A stretch of 64,000 nt of DNA from Pseudomonadota bacterium (GCA_037142195.1 JBAXBA010000004.1:1-64000), one strand, 5' to 3'. Shown: positions 47,680-58,345, counted from the stretch's first letter. Notes: generated by a model not told the origin, from the letters alone. Numbers and translations are program-made.

Positions 47680-48039
47680 TTTCCAAACTCCTTTTGCTTC
47701 GACTTCTATTTCGTCTTCTGGGTTTTTTTTGGATCCATCATTCTTGCTCCGGGAGCCTGAATGGTCAGAAATAGCGACTTGCTACTATAAAGTAGGGAGT
47801 CTTTTCTTGTCGTTGGAGCAGAATGCTTTCTGGAAGTCCCCGCTGTCTAGGAACACTTGGGAAGCCGTAGCTGGATCCTAAGGGGGATATGCGCTTTTTA
47901 GGTGCAAAGCCTCCCTTAATTCCTTTAATTCCTTGAAATAAGTGCAAATTAGCCCGATGATTCATGTGAAACATTTTGTTTAACACCCAGTTTTTTATAA
48001 GATACTTGGGATTTATGCTTAGGAATTAACTTAAATTAT

Positions 48040-49062
48040 ATGAAACCGCCAAAACATGAAAGAATTCTTGTCATTCAATTGCGGCAGCTGGGTGATATTT
48101 TGCTTACAACCCCCATTCTTCGGGAGATAAAGAAAGCCAAGCCAGAGGCTGAGGTGACTTTTTTGTCCCATGCTATGGGTCGGCTAGTTGTAGATGGTAA
48201 TCCCTATTTGGATCGTCATTTGACCTACTCAGATACCATGTCTTGGAGAGAAGAATTAAGCCTTATCCAAAAAATCAGAAGTTTCAAGTTTGATTATGTT
48301 TTGGACTTTATGTTTAATCCTAAAAGTTGTTTCTATGTGTCTTTGTCAGGGGCAAAAAAGAAAGTTTCGTTTGAGTCTTCTAGATCCGTTTTCTTTGACA
48401 TGGTGGTGCCGCGGGGAGGTGGTGCTTATATTGTCGATGAGAAATTTAGAATCCTACGTGCGATTGGCATTTCCCCCAGCAGTATTTCATTAGACTTACC
48501 TTGGGATGAGCATCATATTGCTCCCATTCAACATCTTCTAAAAGCTGGTTCCTTTGCGCATTCTAAGTTGCGCGTCGTCATATCTCCTACTCATCGCCGC
48601 GCTCATCGCCGTTGGCCTCTGAAGTCTTTTAGCGAGCTGGCAATGCGATTGATTCAGAATTGGGGCGCTGAGATCATTTGGCTTTGGGGGCCAGGGGAGG
48701 AGGCACTTTGTGATGAGGCCATTGCTATGACCCAACTTCCCACTTTAAAGGCTCCCAAGACTAGTTTTAAAGAGTTGGCTGCTTTGATTTCAAATTGTGA
48801 CTTGTTTATTGGAAACTCTAATGGGCCAAGTCATATCGCCGTGGCGGCAGATATAGTCAGCTTGCAGTTTCATGGGCCCACTTTAGCCTCAAGTTGGTGT
48901 CCCATGACTTCAAAACATCACGCGATTCAGTCTCATGACGGCACCATCCAAGGACTCACCACAGAAGAGGTCTGGTCTGAGCTCGAAAGGATGAAAGATT
49001 TTATTTTCCATGAGTCAGAGGCTAGAAAAAAAAGTGGTCTAAAGACCCATTGGAAAATTTAG
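48040..49062 (+). CDS. Glycosyltransferase family 9 (heptosyltransferase-like)
   Basis: ILVIQLRQLGDILLTTP, RRWP, WGPGEE, FIGNSNGPSHIAVA. Confidence 0.9.
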   Translation: MKPPKHERILVIQLRQLGDILLTTPILREIKKAKPEAEVTFLSHAMGRLVVDGNPYLDRHLTYSDTMSWREELSLIQKIRSFKFDYVLDFMFNPKSCFYVSLSGAKKKVSFESSRSVFFDMVVPRGGGAYIVDEKFRILRAIGISPSSISLDLPWDEHHIAPIQHLLKAGSFAHSKLRVVISPTHRRAHRRWPLKSFSELAMRLIQNWGAEIIWLWGPGEEALCDEAIAMTQLPTLKAPKTSFKELAALISNCDLFIGNSNGPSHIAVAADIVSLQFHGPTLASSWCPMTSKHHAIQSHDGTIQGLTTEEVWSELERMKDFIFHESEARKKSGLKTHWKI

Positions 49063-49092
49063 GCCCATACGCGTTTAATAGGACAGCGCATC

Positions 49093-49126
49093 AGCCACCA
49101 AAGTGTTTTTGCTTTGGTGGCTTTTT
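49093..49126 (+). terminator. Rho-independent terminator
   Basis: AGCCACCAAAG / CTTTGGTGGCT stem followed by TTTT. Confidence 0.75.
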
Positions 49127-49171
49127 AGGGCTTTTTGGGAAGCTGAAGTACTTTAAATGCTAAAGAGAGCA

Positions 49172-50341
49172 TTAGATTTTTCTTATCTGCAGCCCTTTTA
49201 AATAAGATGATTCGGGGAAGGTTAGTAGGATAGGGTGGTCCTCAGCCTGCATGAATTTTCCAACAATTTGGCCATTGCATCCGGCTTCGAGGGCCGCAGA
49301 AAAAATGATCTTTTGAAAAAGCAAATCGTCCATATGACCAGAGCAGCTAAAAGTTGCCAGGATTCCGCCTGGGTTTAGGAGATGGAAAGCAAGGCGGTTA
49401 ATATCCTTATACCCTCTTGCTGCACGATCTAAATCGCTCTTGGAATTCACAAATTTAGGAGGATCTAAAATGATGAGATCAAATTTTTGTCCGTCTTCCT
49501 TAGCTTTTCTGAGGTATTCAAAGACATCAAGCTTCATGGACAGATTGCCTTGAGTGATTTGATTTACCTCTAAGTTTTTCTCCAGTACCTCGAGCGCTTG
49601 GGAGCTTACCTCTACTGACACAACTTCGAGAGCACCCCCTAATAAAGCAGCGACGGAATATCCTCCTGTATAAGAGAAGCAGTTGAGTACCCGCTTTCCT
49701 TTTGCAATCCGCTTCACCTCGGCTCGGCTTTGTCGTTGGTCCAAATAGAAACCTGTCTTATGGCCAGAAGGAATGTTTACTAGAAGCTTGTAGCCATTTT
49801 CGATAATGAGTGTTTCAGAAGTAATATTTTTTCCAAAAAGAAGTCCTGATGTTTGTTCCAGGCCTTCTTTTTCTCTAACCGCTTCATCACTTCGATCCCA
49901 AACGGTTTCTGGCTTTAGCATTTCGATTACTAAGTCTAAAATGATGTTTCGATAAAACTCCATGCCTGCCGTCAAAAACTGAAGAACGATCACCAACCCA
50001 TATTGATCTATGATCAACCCAGGAAGTTCATCAGCTTCGCTTGCCACAAGCCGACAGGCCGTATTTGTCGTCGTTAAAATATGCTGCCGACGAGAAAAAG
50101 AGCGCGATAGTGCCCCATAAAAAAAATCGCGATCTAATTTTTGATCTAGGAACGAAAGAATTCTTAGAGCAATTTGAGACTTAGGGTTGTAGTAGCCTAT
50201 TCCCAAAAAATCGCCTTTTGCCGACTCTATGCGGACTTCCGGACAAAATTCATCAGGTGCTTTCGAAATGGCACCTGAAAAAATCCATGGATGCTTCCAT
50301 ACCGCATTCTTCTCTTTACCTGGCTTAAGCTTTACAAGCAT
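49172..50341 (-). CDS. rlmI: 23S rRNA m5C1962 methyltransferase (RlmI family)
   Basis: HPWIFSG, GHKTGFYLDQR, VLNCFSYTGG, FDLIILDPPKF, YLKG. Confidence 0.92.
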   Translation of the reverse strand: MLVKLKPGKEKNAVWKHPWIFSGAISKAPDEFCPEVRIESAKGDFLGIGYYNPKSQIALRILSFLDQKLDRDFFYGALSRSFSRRQHILTTTNTACRLVASEADELPGLIIDQYGLVIVLQFLTAGMEFYRNIILDLVIEMLKPETVWDRSDEAVREKEGLEQTSGLLFGKNITSETLIIENGYKLLVNIPSGHKTGFYLDQRQSRAEVKRIAKGKRVLNCFSYTGGYSVAALLGGALEVVSVEVSSQALEVLEKNLEVNQITQGNLSMKLDVFEYLRKAKEDGQKFDLIILDPPKFVNSKSDLDRAARGYKDINRLAFHLLNPGGILATFSCSGHMDDLLFQKIIFSAALEAGCNGQIVGKFMQAEDHPILLTFPESSYLKGLQIRKI

Positions 50342-50401
50342 GACGTTCCTCTCGATTGAGAGAGAAGGCATACACCGAACCCGCCTTGAAGCCAAGGGCT
50401 A

Positions 50402-51763
50402 TTAAGCCTTATCCCCAGACTCTAAAATTTGTTTTAACTCACTGATTTCATAGCGAACAAATAAGGATTCAGCCCGCTCCACCAGCCACATTCCAGGAGG
50501 TGCTCCCTTTTGTTTTTTAAGAAACGAACGCTGGGTGAATTGTACCTCGGAGGCCTGAGATGCCCGCGCTTTCGAAAAATGAATCGCAAGGATAGCCCCC
50601 TCGCGAATCAAAGAGGGGCTTAGAGCCTTGTGCTTTAGAGATCTAGCCGGCAAAATAATGTGGGAGCCAGTTCCTGAGGTCACATGGAACCAATAATCAT
50701 TTCCTTTCGCTTTTTTGCATAAAACGTCATTTTCTAAGGCGCTTTTTCCTACTAAAAAGATAGAACCATCTTTTCCAAAAAACTCACGATAAGGCTTTGA
50801 ATCCGAATCGTCTAAGGCTTGCTTTTTCTTTTGAACCTCGACCGGAATTTGAAATCTTTTATAAATAGCTTCCAGGGAAGTCGAATTCACCTGAGAATCC
50901 GAAAGTGTGGAGATGAGGTCCGTGAGTGCCTGGTGTTCGCTCTTTAGCTTTGCCAAGTGAAAACTGCCAATTTCTAGAGACCTTTCCATCTTCTTGAGCT
51001 TTTTATACATAAGATCTAGATTTTTTCCGGGACTTATATCTGGATCCAAGTCTATTTCCACAATATTTCCATTTTTTTCATTTACGAGGCATACCTTGGA
51101 ATAAGGCGGCTGAAGGGTGCCTAACTGAAGAGTTAGCAAGGAAATCTTCTCTTTTTGCCGATCTATCTCAAATGCAGAAGAAACTTTAGGGTCTGTTTTT
51201 AAAATACTCTTTTGCAGGGTGCGGGCTTTTCGCTTTAATCGCTGAATGGCATGCCTGTATTCCGGCTGTAGGTCCTCATTTGAGGTCTTGGTATCGGCTT
51301 TTTCTGAACTAGGGGAAAGGGGAGTGATTACGGGTGAGATGTCAGGGGAAAAAGTCATGGCTTTAGTGAAGACTCCCTTTGAAGACATGCGAACTAGAGA
51401 GTTGTGATTGCTAACAAAATGTAAGATTGGAATCGAGCCTTTTTCAAAACAAAAATAAGCATATTCAGGCGTCTCACCCTCGTGGGTTCTTCTGATAACG
51501 ATACTTTTCAGAGAGTCTGTTTGAGATTGACCCATGAGAAGACCGTGTTTAAGGTGTTTTTTTACGATTTCAGAGAATGCGCTCGTGGGCTTTAAATCCA
51601 TGGGTTTGGTAGTTTCCAGGGAAAACCTACCATTAGTTGTGTCTGCAAGTAGGTAGGCTTTTCTCTGCAGGTGAGATCTTGATCCTAAAAGCTCCATCAC
51701 AATATAAGCAGATTGACCTTGCCAGACTCGCCCCGTTCGCCAAAGGGGGGTATCATCACTCAT
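50402..51763 (-). CDS. NFACT RNA-binding domain protein (RqcH/FbpA-like)
   Basis: C-terminal VGKSALENDVL...WFHV..TGSHII...AIHFSK..VQFT...KGAPPG; coiled coil with N...YKKLKK. Start set at ATG 51763. Confidence 0.8.
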   Translation of the reverse strand: MSDDTPLWRTGRVWQGQSAYIVMELLGSRSHLQRKAYLLADTTNGRFSLETTKPMDLKPTSAFSEIVKKHLKHGLLMGQSQTDSLKSIVIRRTHEGETPEYAYFCFEKGSIPILHFVSNHNSLVRMSSKGVFTKAMTFSPDISPVITPLSPSSEKADTKTSNEDLQPEYRHAIQRLKRKARTLQKSILKTDPKVSSAFEIDRQKEKISLLTLQLGTLQPPYSKVCLVNEKNGNIVEIDLDPDISPGKNLDLMYKKLKKMERSLEIGSFHLAKLKSEHQALTDLISTLSDSQVNSTSLEAIYKRFQIPVEVQKKKQALDDSDSKPYREFFGKDGSIFLVGKSALENDVLCKKAKGNDYWFHVTSGTGSHIILPARSLKHKALSPSLIREGAILAIHFSKARASQASEVQFTQRSFLKKQKGAPPGMWLVERAESLFVRYEISELKQILESGDKA

Positions 51764-52904
51764 GACTGGGAGCCGAATCAGAGGGCATAGTCTCATTTTT
51801 ATCTTTCGAACTCGGGGGGAGTGCTCTTTTGTATTGGTCATCTTTGGGTTCAGGCGTCGACGGTTCAGAGGAAGAATGTGCCGGAAGTGCGCTAGAGGAT
51901 GGCGTTCGTTCCAAGGAATCTCCTGGGGGGCCAGATTCGAGACGATTTTGAGGCGAGTCAACATCTTTGGAATCTTCAGATGGATTTAAAGCTTTAACAG
52001 AGGTTTCGCTTTTTGAATCTTGGATTCTCTCTTGCATCAGAGCTTCATTTTTTGGGTCCTGGTTTCTGGTTTCATCTAGATCGGACTCATCCAAATCATT
52101 GATCGGGTCAATTTCAGACTGCTCATCTTTTTTCTCATTTCTAATGTCTTCGGTGTATCCGAAAATGGGTCTGCCAAAATTTCCACTAGCCATGGTTTGT
52201 CCCCATTGGCTCCGTGTTATGTATCCTCCGAGCAACATCTGCTTTAATATAAATTTAAAACGTTTTTGATTGAACAAGCTCAGATTTTTTTGCTTCAAGC
52301 CTTTTGACCACTTATTGGGAGCAGGCAAAACTAAAGCGAGGCTAACAGCTTGAGCAATAGTCAGTTTTTCTGGAGGCACTTTGAAATAGGCCTTACTGGC
52401 CTCAGAGATTCCGTAAATGCCATCACCAAATTCCACCATGTTGATGTACCACTCAAGGATTTCATTCTTGCTTAAACTTTGTTCTAGAAGTAACGCGCCA
52501 ACGGCTTCGCGTATCTTTCTCACGTAGGATCTTTCGTAGCTGAGAAGACCTACTTTGACAACCTGTTGAGTGATGGTAGAACCACCACGCATCTTCTTTT
52601 TATTTTTTTGATTGTAAGACCACGACTTGCGAATGGCTTCCAGATCAAGACCTTTGTGCTCATAAAATTTTCCATCTTCGGCGCATACAAAAGCTGCCAA
52701 TACGTGCTTGGATACCTCCTGTGATTGCGTCCAACCTGGGTGTCCCGGTCCTACTAGCTTTTGAAACGAAGTGCTTGTTGAGTAGATGTATCTCGTTTGA
52801 TTTATAGTCCCTATATTAAATGCTGGGGTAAATGGAATAAACCAAAACAAGAAAGCTAGTATTGCTCCACTTAATATGTAAATGATTTTCTTTCGAAGTG
52901 ACAT
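51756..52904 (-). CDS. mtgA: Monofunctional peptidoglycan transglycosylase with acidic low-complexity tail
   Basis: AEDGKFYEHKG, GGSTITQQVVK, RKIRE, YINMVEFG, LPAP. Confidence 0.9.
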   Translation of the reverse strand: MSLRKKIIYILSGAILAFLFWFIPFTPAFNIGTINQTRYIYSTSTSFQKLVGPGHPGWTQSQEVSKHVLAAFVCAEDGKFYEHKGLDLEAIRKSWSYNQKNKKKMRGGSTITQQVVKVGLLSYERSYVRKIREAVGALLLEQSLSKNEILEWYINMVEFGDGIYGISEASKAYFKVPPEKLTIAQAVSLALVLPAPNKWSKGLKQKNLSLFNQKRFKFILKQMLLGGYITRSQWGQTMASGNFGRPIFGYTEDIRNEKKDEQSEIDPINDLDESDLDETRNQDPKNEALMQERIQDSKSETSVKALNPSEDSKDVDSPQNRLESGPPGDSLERTPSSSALPAHSSSEPSTPEPKDDQYKRALPPSSKDKNETMPSDSAPSHE

Positions 52905-53280
52905 CCTTGATCTAAATCCCCCATAGCATGTCTATTATGGCATTTTTTTGTGCAAATGCAATCTCATGGCGAGCCTGTACTTCATATTTTACGTTGCCTA
53001 TGCTCTTTTAGAATTTTTTCCTGTGGGTAACCGAGAGGCGCTGCAGCAAAATCCAAAAACTATAAGCGCAGAATCATGAGACGAGCCTGGCTGTTACGAA
53101 GTGATGATACTTCTTTCAAATTAGGCGGAAATTGTATGCAAAAAGAGAGATAAGGAGCAGGTTTCTAGAGATGTTCTTGAATAAATGCTGATTTTATAGA
53201 TGTTAAATAACGACTGCTAATGGCTATGTGACATCACAATTGAAGACTGAAGCGCTAAATTGAGCGCGAGAAAGAAAAAA

Positions 53281-53363
53281 CTTTCCCTTAACTCTTTCCC
53301 TTAACTCTTTTTCCCTTAACTCTTTTTCCCTTAATTCTTTTTCCCTTAACTCTTTCCCTTAAC
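53281..53363. repeat. Six-copy 13-15-bp tandem repeat (TTTCCCTTAACTC) at the thrC stop
   Basis: CCCTTAA cores at 53285, 53298, 53313, 53328, 53343 and 53356. Confidence 0.9.
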
Positions 53364-54603
53364 ACACTTCATTTAATGCCTTTCTAATGATAGAAATTTC
53401 GGGCTCGACTTCTTTAAAACTTACCTTATGAATGTCCATGGAGGCTTCATTGTCTTTAAGAAGGTGACCCGTTAGAATCAAAATTACCGATTCTTCTGGT
53501 TTTATCTGATTATTTTGTCTTAGCTTTTTGAGACCAGCTAAGGTGGTTGCACTTGCAGGCTCGCATCCGATTCCGGCAAGGTCGATTTGTCTCTTTGCTT
53601 CCATAATTTCTGAGTCCGTTACGGATTCCACGAGTCCCCCAGTTGAGGTGATGGCTTTTCTAGCCTTTGCGAAATTTACTGGGTTACCAATACGAATCGC
53701 AGTGGCGATGGTTTCCGCCTTGACGGATTCTAATGTAGCAAAATCTTGTTGATAGCTTTTGAAGAAAGGAGAAGCGCCCGCTGCTTGTATCGTAACGATT
53801 TTGGGTCGTTTTTTAATCCAGCCCCAGCGAAAGGCCTCATCAATTGCCTTTCCAAAGGCGCTTGTATTGCCGAGATTTCCTCCCGGAACCAGGATCCAAT
53901 CGGGTGGATTCCACTCCAGATCCTGAAGGAGTTCCCAAATAATGGTCTTTTGACCTTCGATGCGAAAAGGGTTTATGGAGTTGACTAGATAAACGAGCTC
54001 TTCTTCAGCAAGTTGTTTAACGATTTCCATGGCCCGATCAAAATCGCCTTTAACAGCAAAGACGTGGGCACCATAAGCGAGTGTTTGACTTAATTTGCCT
54101 TGGCTTACTTTGCCGGATGGTAAAAAGACGACGCTTTTTAAACCCGCTCGGGCTGCGTAGGATGCCAATGAGGAGCTTGTATTGCCAGTGGAGGCGCAAG
54201 CAAGGACCTTTTGTCCTAAATGCTTTGCTACAGAAACTGCTAGAGTCATGCCTCTATCTTTAAAGGAACCAGTAGGATTTTCTCCCTCATGTTTTAGCCG
54301 AAGATTCATGGCTCCGGACCATTGCTCTAATCTTTCGGATCGATGTAAAGGTGTGGAGCCTTCGCTCTGGGTTACAAAAGACGATTCAGGCAGAGGGATT
54401 AAACCCTCTCTAAATCGCCAGACGCCACTTCGGTCCCAGACTTTTCTACTGGCAAGACGGGAGTCTAAATTTTCCCTTACAATAGGGGCCTCAGAACTAT
54501 TTTGCGCAACCTCAAGCAATCCGCCGCAAGAACAAAAATATCTAATTTTAAACAATTCAAATTTGAGATTGCAATCAAGACAACTAAGTTTTAATTCAGA
54601 CAT
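53359..54603 (-). CDS. thrC: Threonine synthase
   Basis: NPTGSFKDRG, ASTGNTS, PGGNLGN, CEPASA, LTGHLLKD. Confidence 0.95.
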   Translation of the reverse strand: MSELKLSCLDCNLKFELFKIRYFCSCGGLLEVAQNSSEAPIVRENLDSRLASRKVWDRSGVWRFREGLIPLPESSFVTQSEGSTPLHRSERLEQWSGAMNLRLKHEGENPTGSFKDRGMTLAVSVAKHLGQKVLACASTGNTSSSLASYAARAGLKSVVFLPSGKVSQGKLSQTLAYGAHVFAVKGDFDRAMEIVKQLAEEELVYLVNSINPFRIEGQKTIIWELLQDLEWNPPDWILVPGGNLGNTSAFGKAIDEAFRWGWIKKRPKIVTIQAAGASPFFKSYQQDFATLESVKAETIATAIRIGNPVNFAKARKAITSTGGLVESVTDSEIMEAKRQIDLAGIGCEPASATTLAGLKKLRQNNQIKPEESVILILTGHLLKDNEASMDIHKVSFKEVEPEISIIRKALNEVC

Positions 54604-55522
54604 AATTCACCTGTGCTCCTTTATTGCTTGGCTGACAGACATGGGTTTGAATGGTAGAACCCCACAAAGCTTTTAAGCCATCTTCTATGTTTAGAGCTAT
54701 TTCTTTAGATGTGGAAACTGCAAAACAGGTAGGGCCGCTTCCGCTTAACGAGAATCCTAAAGCTCCTTTATCCATAGCCAAAGCTTTTGCTTCAAAAAAT
54801 AGGGGAACGAATTTAGCTCGCTCTGGCTCTGCAAAGGGATCGATGAGTCCAAATTTCAGGGCCTCATAGTCGGGTAGGGCGAGTGCAAGAGCCAAAGTTG
54901 TGCAATGGGACATTTGTTTTGTCCATCTTTTGGTGGGTAGGCTTTCCTTGAGAACCAATCTTGCGTCTTTGGTCATGACTTTAACCTTAGGAGTCGCCAC
55001 GGTTAGCCAAATATGGGCTTTAAAAGGAACGGAGTAAACTTGGCATTCGTCCACATCTTGAACCAAGGTGAGACCACCTAAAAGACACGGCGCGATATTG
55101 TCCAGATGTCGCCCTGCCACCGCGCTTTCTCCGGCAAGTGCTGCCTGAATTATGTTTTTTTTAGTATGAGGAGTCTCGATGTCGTGGCCTGCGAATAAGG
55201 CAGCTGCTAAAGCTCCCGCAACACTTGCGGCAGCGCTTGCCCCAAGGCCGCCGGAAAGCGGCAGCTGCCTTTCTAGGAGCACTCTATAGGGAGCCTCCTC
55301 TAAGCTCTGGGATTTGAAATAGGCATTCGACGCAATACAAATGGCATTTTGGGCGGGGGCCAGAGGTACTAATTCTGCATCTTTTCCGAAAACCTTGATT
55401 TCGAAGCTTTCAGATTCTGAAAATAGAAATGAGTCGCTCAGCCCTTCTAAGCAAAGTCCAAGAACATCAAATCCAGAACCTAAATTCGCAATTGTGGCGG
55501 GGGAGGTGATTTTGAAATTCAT
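54596..55522 (-). CDS. thrB: Homoserine kinase
   Basis: PATIANLGSGFDVLG, PLSGGLGASAA, HLDN, LSGSGPT. Confidence 0.95.
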   Translation of the reverse strand: MNFKITSPATIANLGSGFDVLGLCLEGLSDSFLFSESESFEIKVFGKDAELVPLAPAQNAICIASNAYFKSQSLEEAPYRVLLERQLPLSGGLGASAAASVAGALAAALFAGHDIETPHTKKNIIQAALAGESAVAGRHLDNIAPCLLGGLTLVQDVDECQVYSVPFKAHIWLTVATPKVKVMTKDARLVLKESLPTKRWTKQMSHCTTLALALALPDYEALKFGLIDPFAEPERAKFVPLFFEAKALAMDKGALGFSLSGSGPTCFAVSTSKEIALNIEDGLKALWGSTIQTHVCQPSNKGAQVNYV

Positions 55523-58074
55523 AAGGAATTTGTCCTTTCTTGACTCGAAGCGATACTTACAATGTCGTTCAAGACCCCAGCGGCCGTGACTTCAGCGCCA
55601 GCACCTGGCCCCGTTACGATGAGGGGATTTTCATAGTATCGCTTCGTTTTAACAGCAACCTGATTGTCAGTCCCTCTCAGCCTTCCCAGGGAAGAGCTTA
55701 GGGGGACTTCTTTGATGCCGACGGAAACGTGATCTTTTGAGATAGAAGCAACGTAACGCAGGGTGTGCCCCCGGCTCTGTGCCTGAGTCATGAGTTCGCT
55801 AAAGCGCAAATCGAGAGTTTCCAATTCTTCAAGAAATTCCTGTGTGGTCTTGCGATTCAAAGCCTCTGGAACTAGGGATGTTAAACTAATGTCGGAAAGG
55901 TCGATTTTGAGACCGATAAATCTGGCTAAAATAAGAGCCTTTCTTGCTACATCAATACCAGATAGATCATCGCGCGGGTCAGGTTCGGTAAACCCCTTGG
56001 CATGGGCATCTTTCAAAGCTTTGGAAAAAGGGATGTGTTCTTCAAGCTGAGTCATCAAGTAGCCCAACGTACCAGAAAAACAACCGTGAATTTCGATAAT
56101 TTCATCTCCACTGGAGGCCAGTTTTTCAAGCGTATCTAGTATCGGCAATCCCGCACCGACGGTGGCTTCATAACGGATGCGGACTTGATGGGTTTCCGCT
56201 AAGTTTAGCAGGTCACGGTAGTCTGTGTAGGGTGCGGCAAGTGGCTTCTTGTTCGCCAACACTACGTGAAAGCCAGAAATAATAGCCTGTTTGATTTGAG
56301 ATAACGAGTCACTATTGGTGACATCTACAAAAATTTTTCTGCTCCAGGGCCCCCCCCAAAGGTCTGAAGATTCTCTACTAAGGGGGAACTCGGTGATTTT
56401 TTTCAAGGAAAGTCCGTGGGACTTTTGCTGCAATAGGGAGAGCAAAGCTTTGGATGAAAATCCAGCTTCACAAAGAGTTTGGCCTGACGTATCGGAGACG
56501 CCAATGATAGGGCACTTAAGCTTTAATTTTGTGGCTAAGAAGTCATTTTGTTCTAACAGTTGTTGCGTCAACTTCTGCCCTATTTGGCCTAATCCATTGA
56601 GGTAGAGATGGGTTACCTGTGGATTTCTTGACGGAATGGCTCTTAGTCTTTCAAGTCCATACTCCTTGTGCAGGGCTCGCAAGGCTTTGGGTGCTAAGTC
56701 ATTAGGGCTAACTATAGAAATGTTAAGCTCTGAGGAACCTTGGGCAATGGCAGAAATGCTTATGTCTTCCTTGGCAATGGCTTGAAAGGCTCTGGCCGCA
56801 ATGCCAGGTGTTCCCTTCATTCCCAGTCCGACAATGGCGATAATGGCTAGATTTTCTTCAAGTCGGACAGCATCTATAAAATGGTTGGCGATTTCATCGG
56901 CAAAGGCAAGGTCCAAGAGTTGTTTTGCTTTTTGTCCGATTCTGCCAGGTACGATAAAACATATGCTGGTTTCACTTGACGTCTGGGAGATGAACGACAC
57001 CGAAATCTTATTTTCCGCCATTACAGCAAAAGTTTTTGCGGCAGTGCCAGGGACTCCCTGCATGGCCCTTCCTTCAAGGGTCAGCATAGACTGATTTTCG
57101 ACAAAACTTACTGCCTTCACTGGAAAGCTTTCAAAATTGGAAACAGAACTGATTCTAGTGCCTGGTCTTTCCGGGTGAAATATGTTTTTTACAGTCAAAG
57201 GAATCGACTTTGGAATTAAAGGTAAAAAAACTTTCGGATGAAGGACTTTTCCACCAAAGAAACCGAGTTCCTGAGCCTCACGGTAATGTAACTCTGGAAC
57301 CACGCGAGCATCAAAAACATGCCGTGAATCAGAAGTAGTGAAGCCATCACCTTCTTTATAGATATAAACTTCGCTTGCTCCCATGTAGTCAGCAACAAGT
57401 GTTGCTATATAATCTGAGCTTGGATCAGTAAGTTTCATCAGGCCTTCATTGATCTCGCCAAAGGAGCCACACAGGATGATGATTTCTTGATTTTCTACGC
57501 TTTGATTTAGAATTTCCTTTGCTGCTCTTTCAGAAAATTGCTGCTCAGGTACAAATTCCGGTCCTTTGGTTTGTAGCTTAATTATCTTCGAAGTGGGAGA
57601 GACGGCAGCCCTAATACCTAGATCGAGGAGCCCAGCCTTTAACAAAAGACCCCAAATGGCTTCTCCTTCGTGAAGAGCTCTCTTGGTTTCGCTTAATGAA
57701 GGTAGAATTCCAGTCTCAAGGCCTTTGCTGATAGACTTCACTGCGCTTAGGCTTTGGTTCAAATGAAGCTTAAAGGAATCGCATGCAGCCTTAGAGAGTC
57801 CAAGTTGAGACGCTTCTTCACTTGAAATATCTTCTATTGCAGCAAGAAGGTTTTGACGATTCAAGAGAGGCGCACTGGGCTGTTCCTGAGAAACTTGACA
57901 GTAGCTAGAGATGAGTTCATGAATTGCCCTGGAGCCCGACAAAACAAGGCAAACCGGGGTCTTGATTTCACTCACTATCTGCGCTGCCTTTGCGAATGAA
58001 TCCTTGTTTTTAAGGGAGTCACCGCTGAACTTAACGACTTTAACATTCCTAATCAAGGCTGCTCCCATTTCCAA
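55519..58074 (-). CDS. thrA: AK-ACT-HSDH protein (ThrA-like) with degenerate aspartokinase domain
   Basis: Two ACT domains; intact HSDH motifs GLGQIG, ANKK, YEATVGAGLP, SGT, EPDPRDDLSGIDVARK, GAGAEVTA. AK motifs altered. Confidence 0.85.
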   Translation of the reverse strand: MEMGAALIRNVKVVKFSGDSLKNKDSFAKAAQIVSEIKTPVCLVLSGSRAIHELISSYCQVSQEQPSAPLLNRQNLLAAIEDISSEEASQLGLSKAACDSFKLHLNQSLSAVKSISKGLETGILPSLSETKRALHEGEAIWGLLLKAGLLDLGIRAAVSPTSKIIKLQTKGPEFVPEQQFSERAAKEILNQSVENQEIIILCGSFGEINEGLMKLTDPSSDYIATLVADYMGASEVYIYKEGDGFTTSDSRHVFDARVVPELHYREAQELGFFGGKVLHPKVFLPLIPKSIPLTVKNIFHPERPGTRISSVSNFESFPVKAVSFVENQSMLTLEGRAMQGVPGTAAKTFAVMAENKISVSFISQTSSETSICFIVPGRIGQKAKQLLDLAFADEIANHFIDAVRLEENLAIIAIVGLGMKGTPGIAARAFQAIAKEDISISAIAQGSSELNISIVSPNDLAPKALRALHKEYGLERLRAIPSRNPQVTHLYLNGLGQIGQKLTQQLLEQNDFLATKLKLKCPIIGVSDTSGQTLCEAGFSSKALLSLLQQKSHGLSLKKITEFPLSRESSDLWGGPWSRKIFVDVTNSDSLSQIKQAIISGFHVVLANKKPLAAPYTDYRDLLNLAETHQVRIRYEATVGAGLPILDTLEKLASSGDEIIEIHGCFSGTLGYLMTQLEEHIPFSKALKDAHAKGFTEPDPRDDLSGIDVARKALILARFIGLKIDLSDISLTSLVPEALNRKTTQEFLEELETLDLRFSELMTQAQSRGHTLRYVASISKDHVSVGIKEVPLSSSLGRLRGTDNQVAVKTKRYYENPLIVTGPGAGAEVTAAGVLNDIVSIASSQERTNSL

Positions 58075-58234
58075 ACTTAAAAAGTGGCCATCATCTTGTC
58101 TGTTTTGGTGCTTGCAGGAAGCGACAAGAATGCCACAAAGACTTAATTCTCAATAAACTCATTTCATTCGCTATATGCCTGTTGGTTGGTATTATAGCTA
58201 TATAACCCGTACTTATCAATATTGCATCTCAAAA

Positions 58235-58345
58235 TTCAGCGGTTGAGACAGAGATTTTGGCAGAAATTGTCAGTTTCTAAGCTAAGTTTTAAAATCCTGT
58301 CTTAGCAAATAGAAAAAACCTCCTGCAACTGAAAGCGGAGGTTCT
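58235..58345. repeat. 111-bp structured direct repeat, copy A
   Basis: Matches 62012-62122 with 3 mismatches; contains two hairpins. Confidence 0.9.

Noticed and set aside
47765..47986. 73-aa ORF between the anti-sigma and GT9 genes
   Set aside because: No recognisable motif or convincing RBS.
53281..53363. CRISPR array
   Set aside because: Units are 13-15 bp, contiguous, with no unique spacers and no cas genes.
58075..58234. Thr/Ile attenuator leader upstream of thrA
   Set aside because: No Thr/Ile-rich leader peptide or T-box seen.
58235..58345. Integron attC interpretation of the 111-bp repeat
   Set aside because: No properly placed RYYYAAC/GTTRRRY pair in the orientation of the genes, and no integron integrase in the window.
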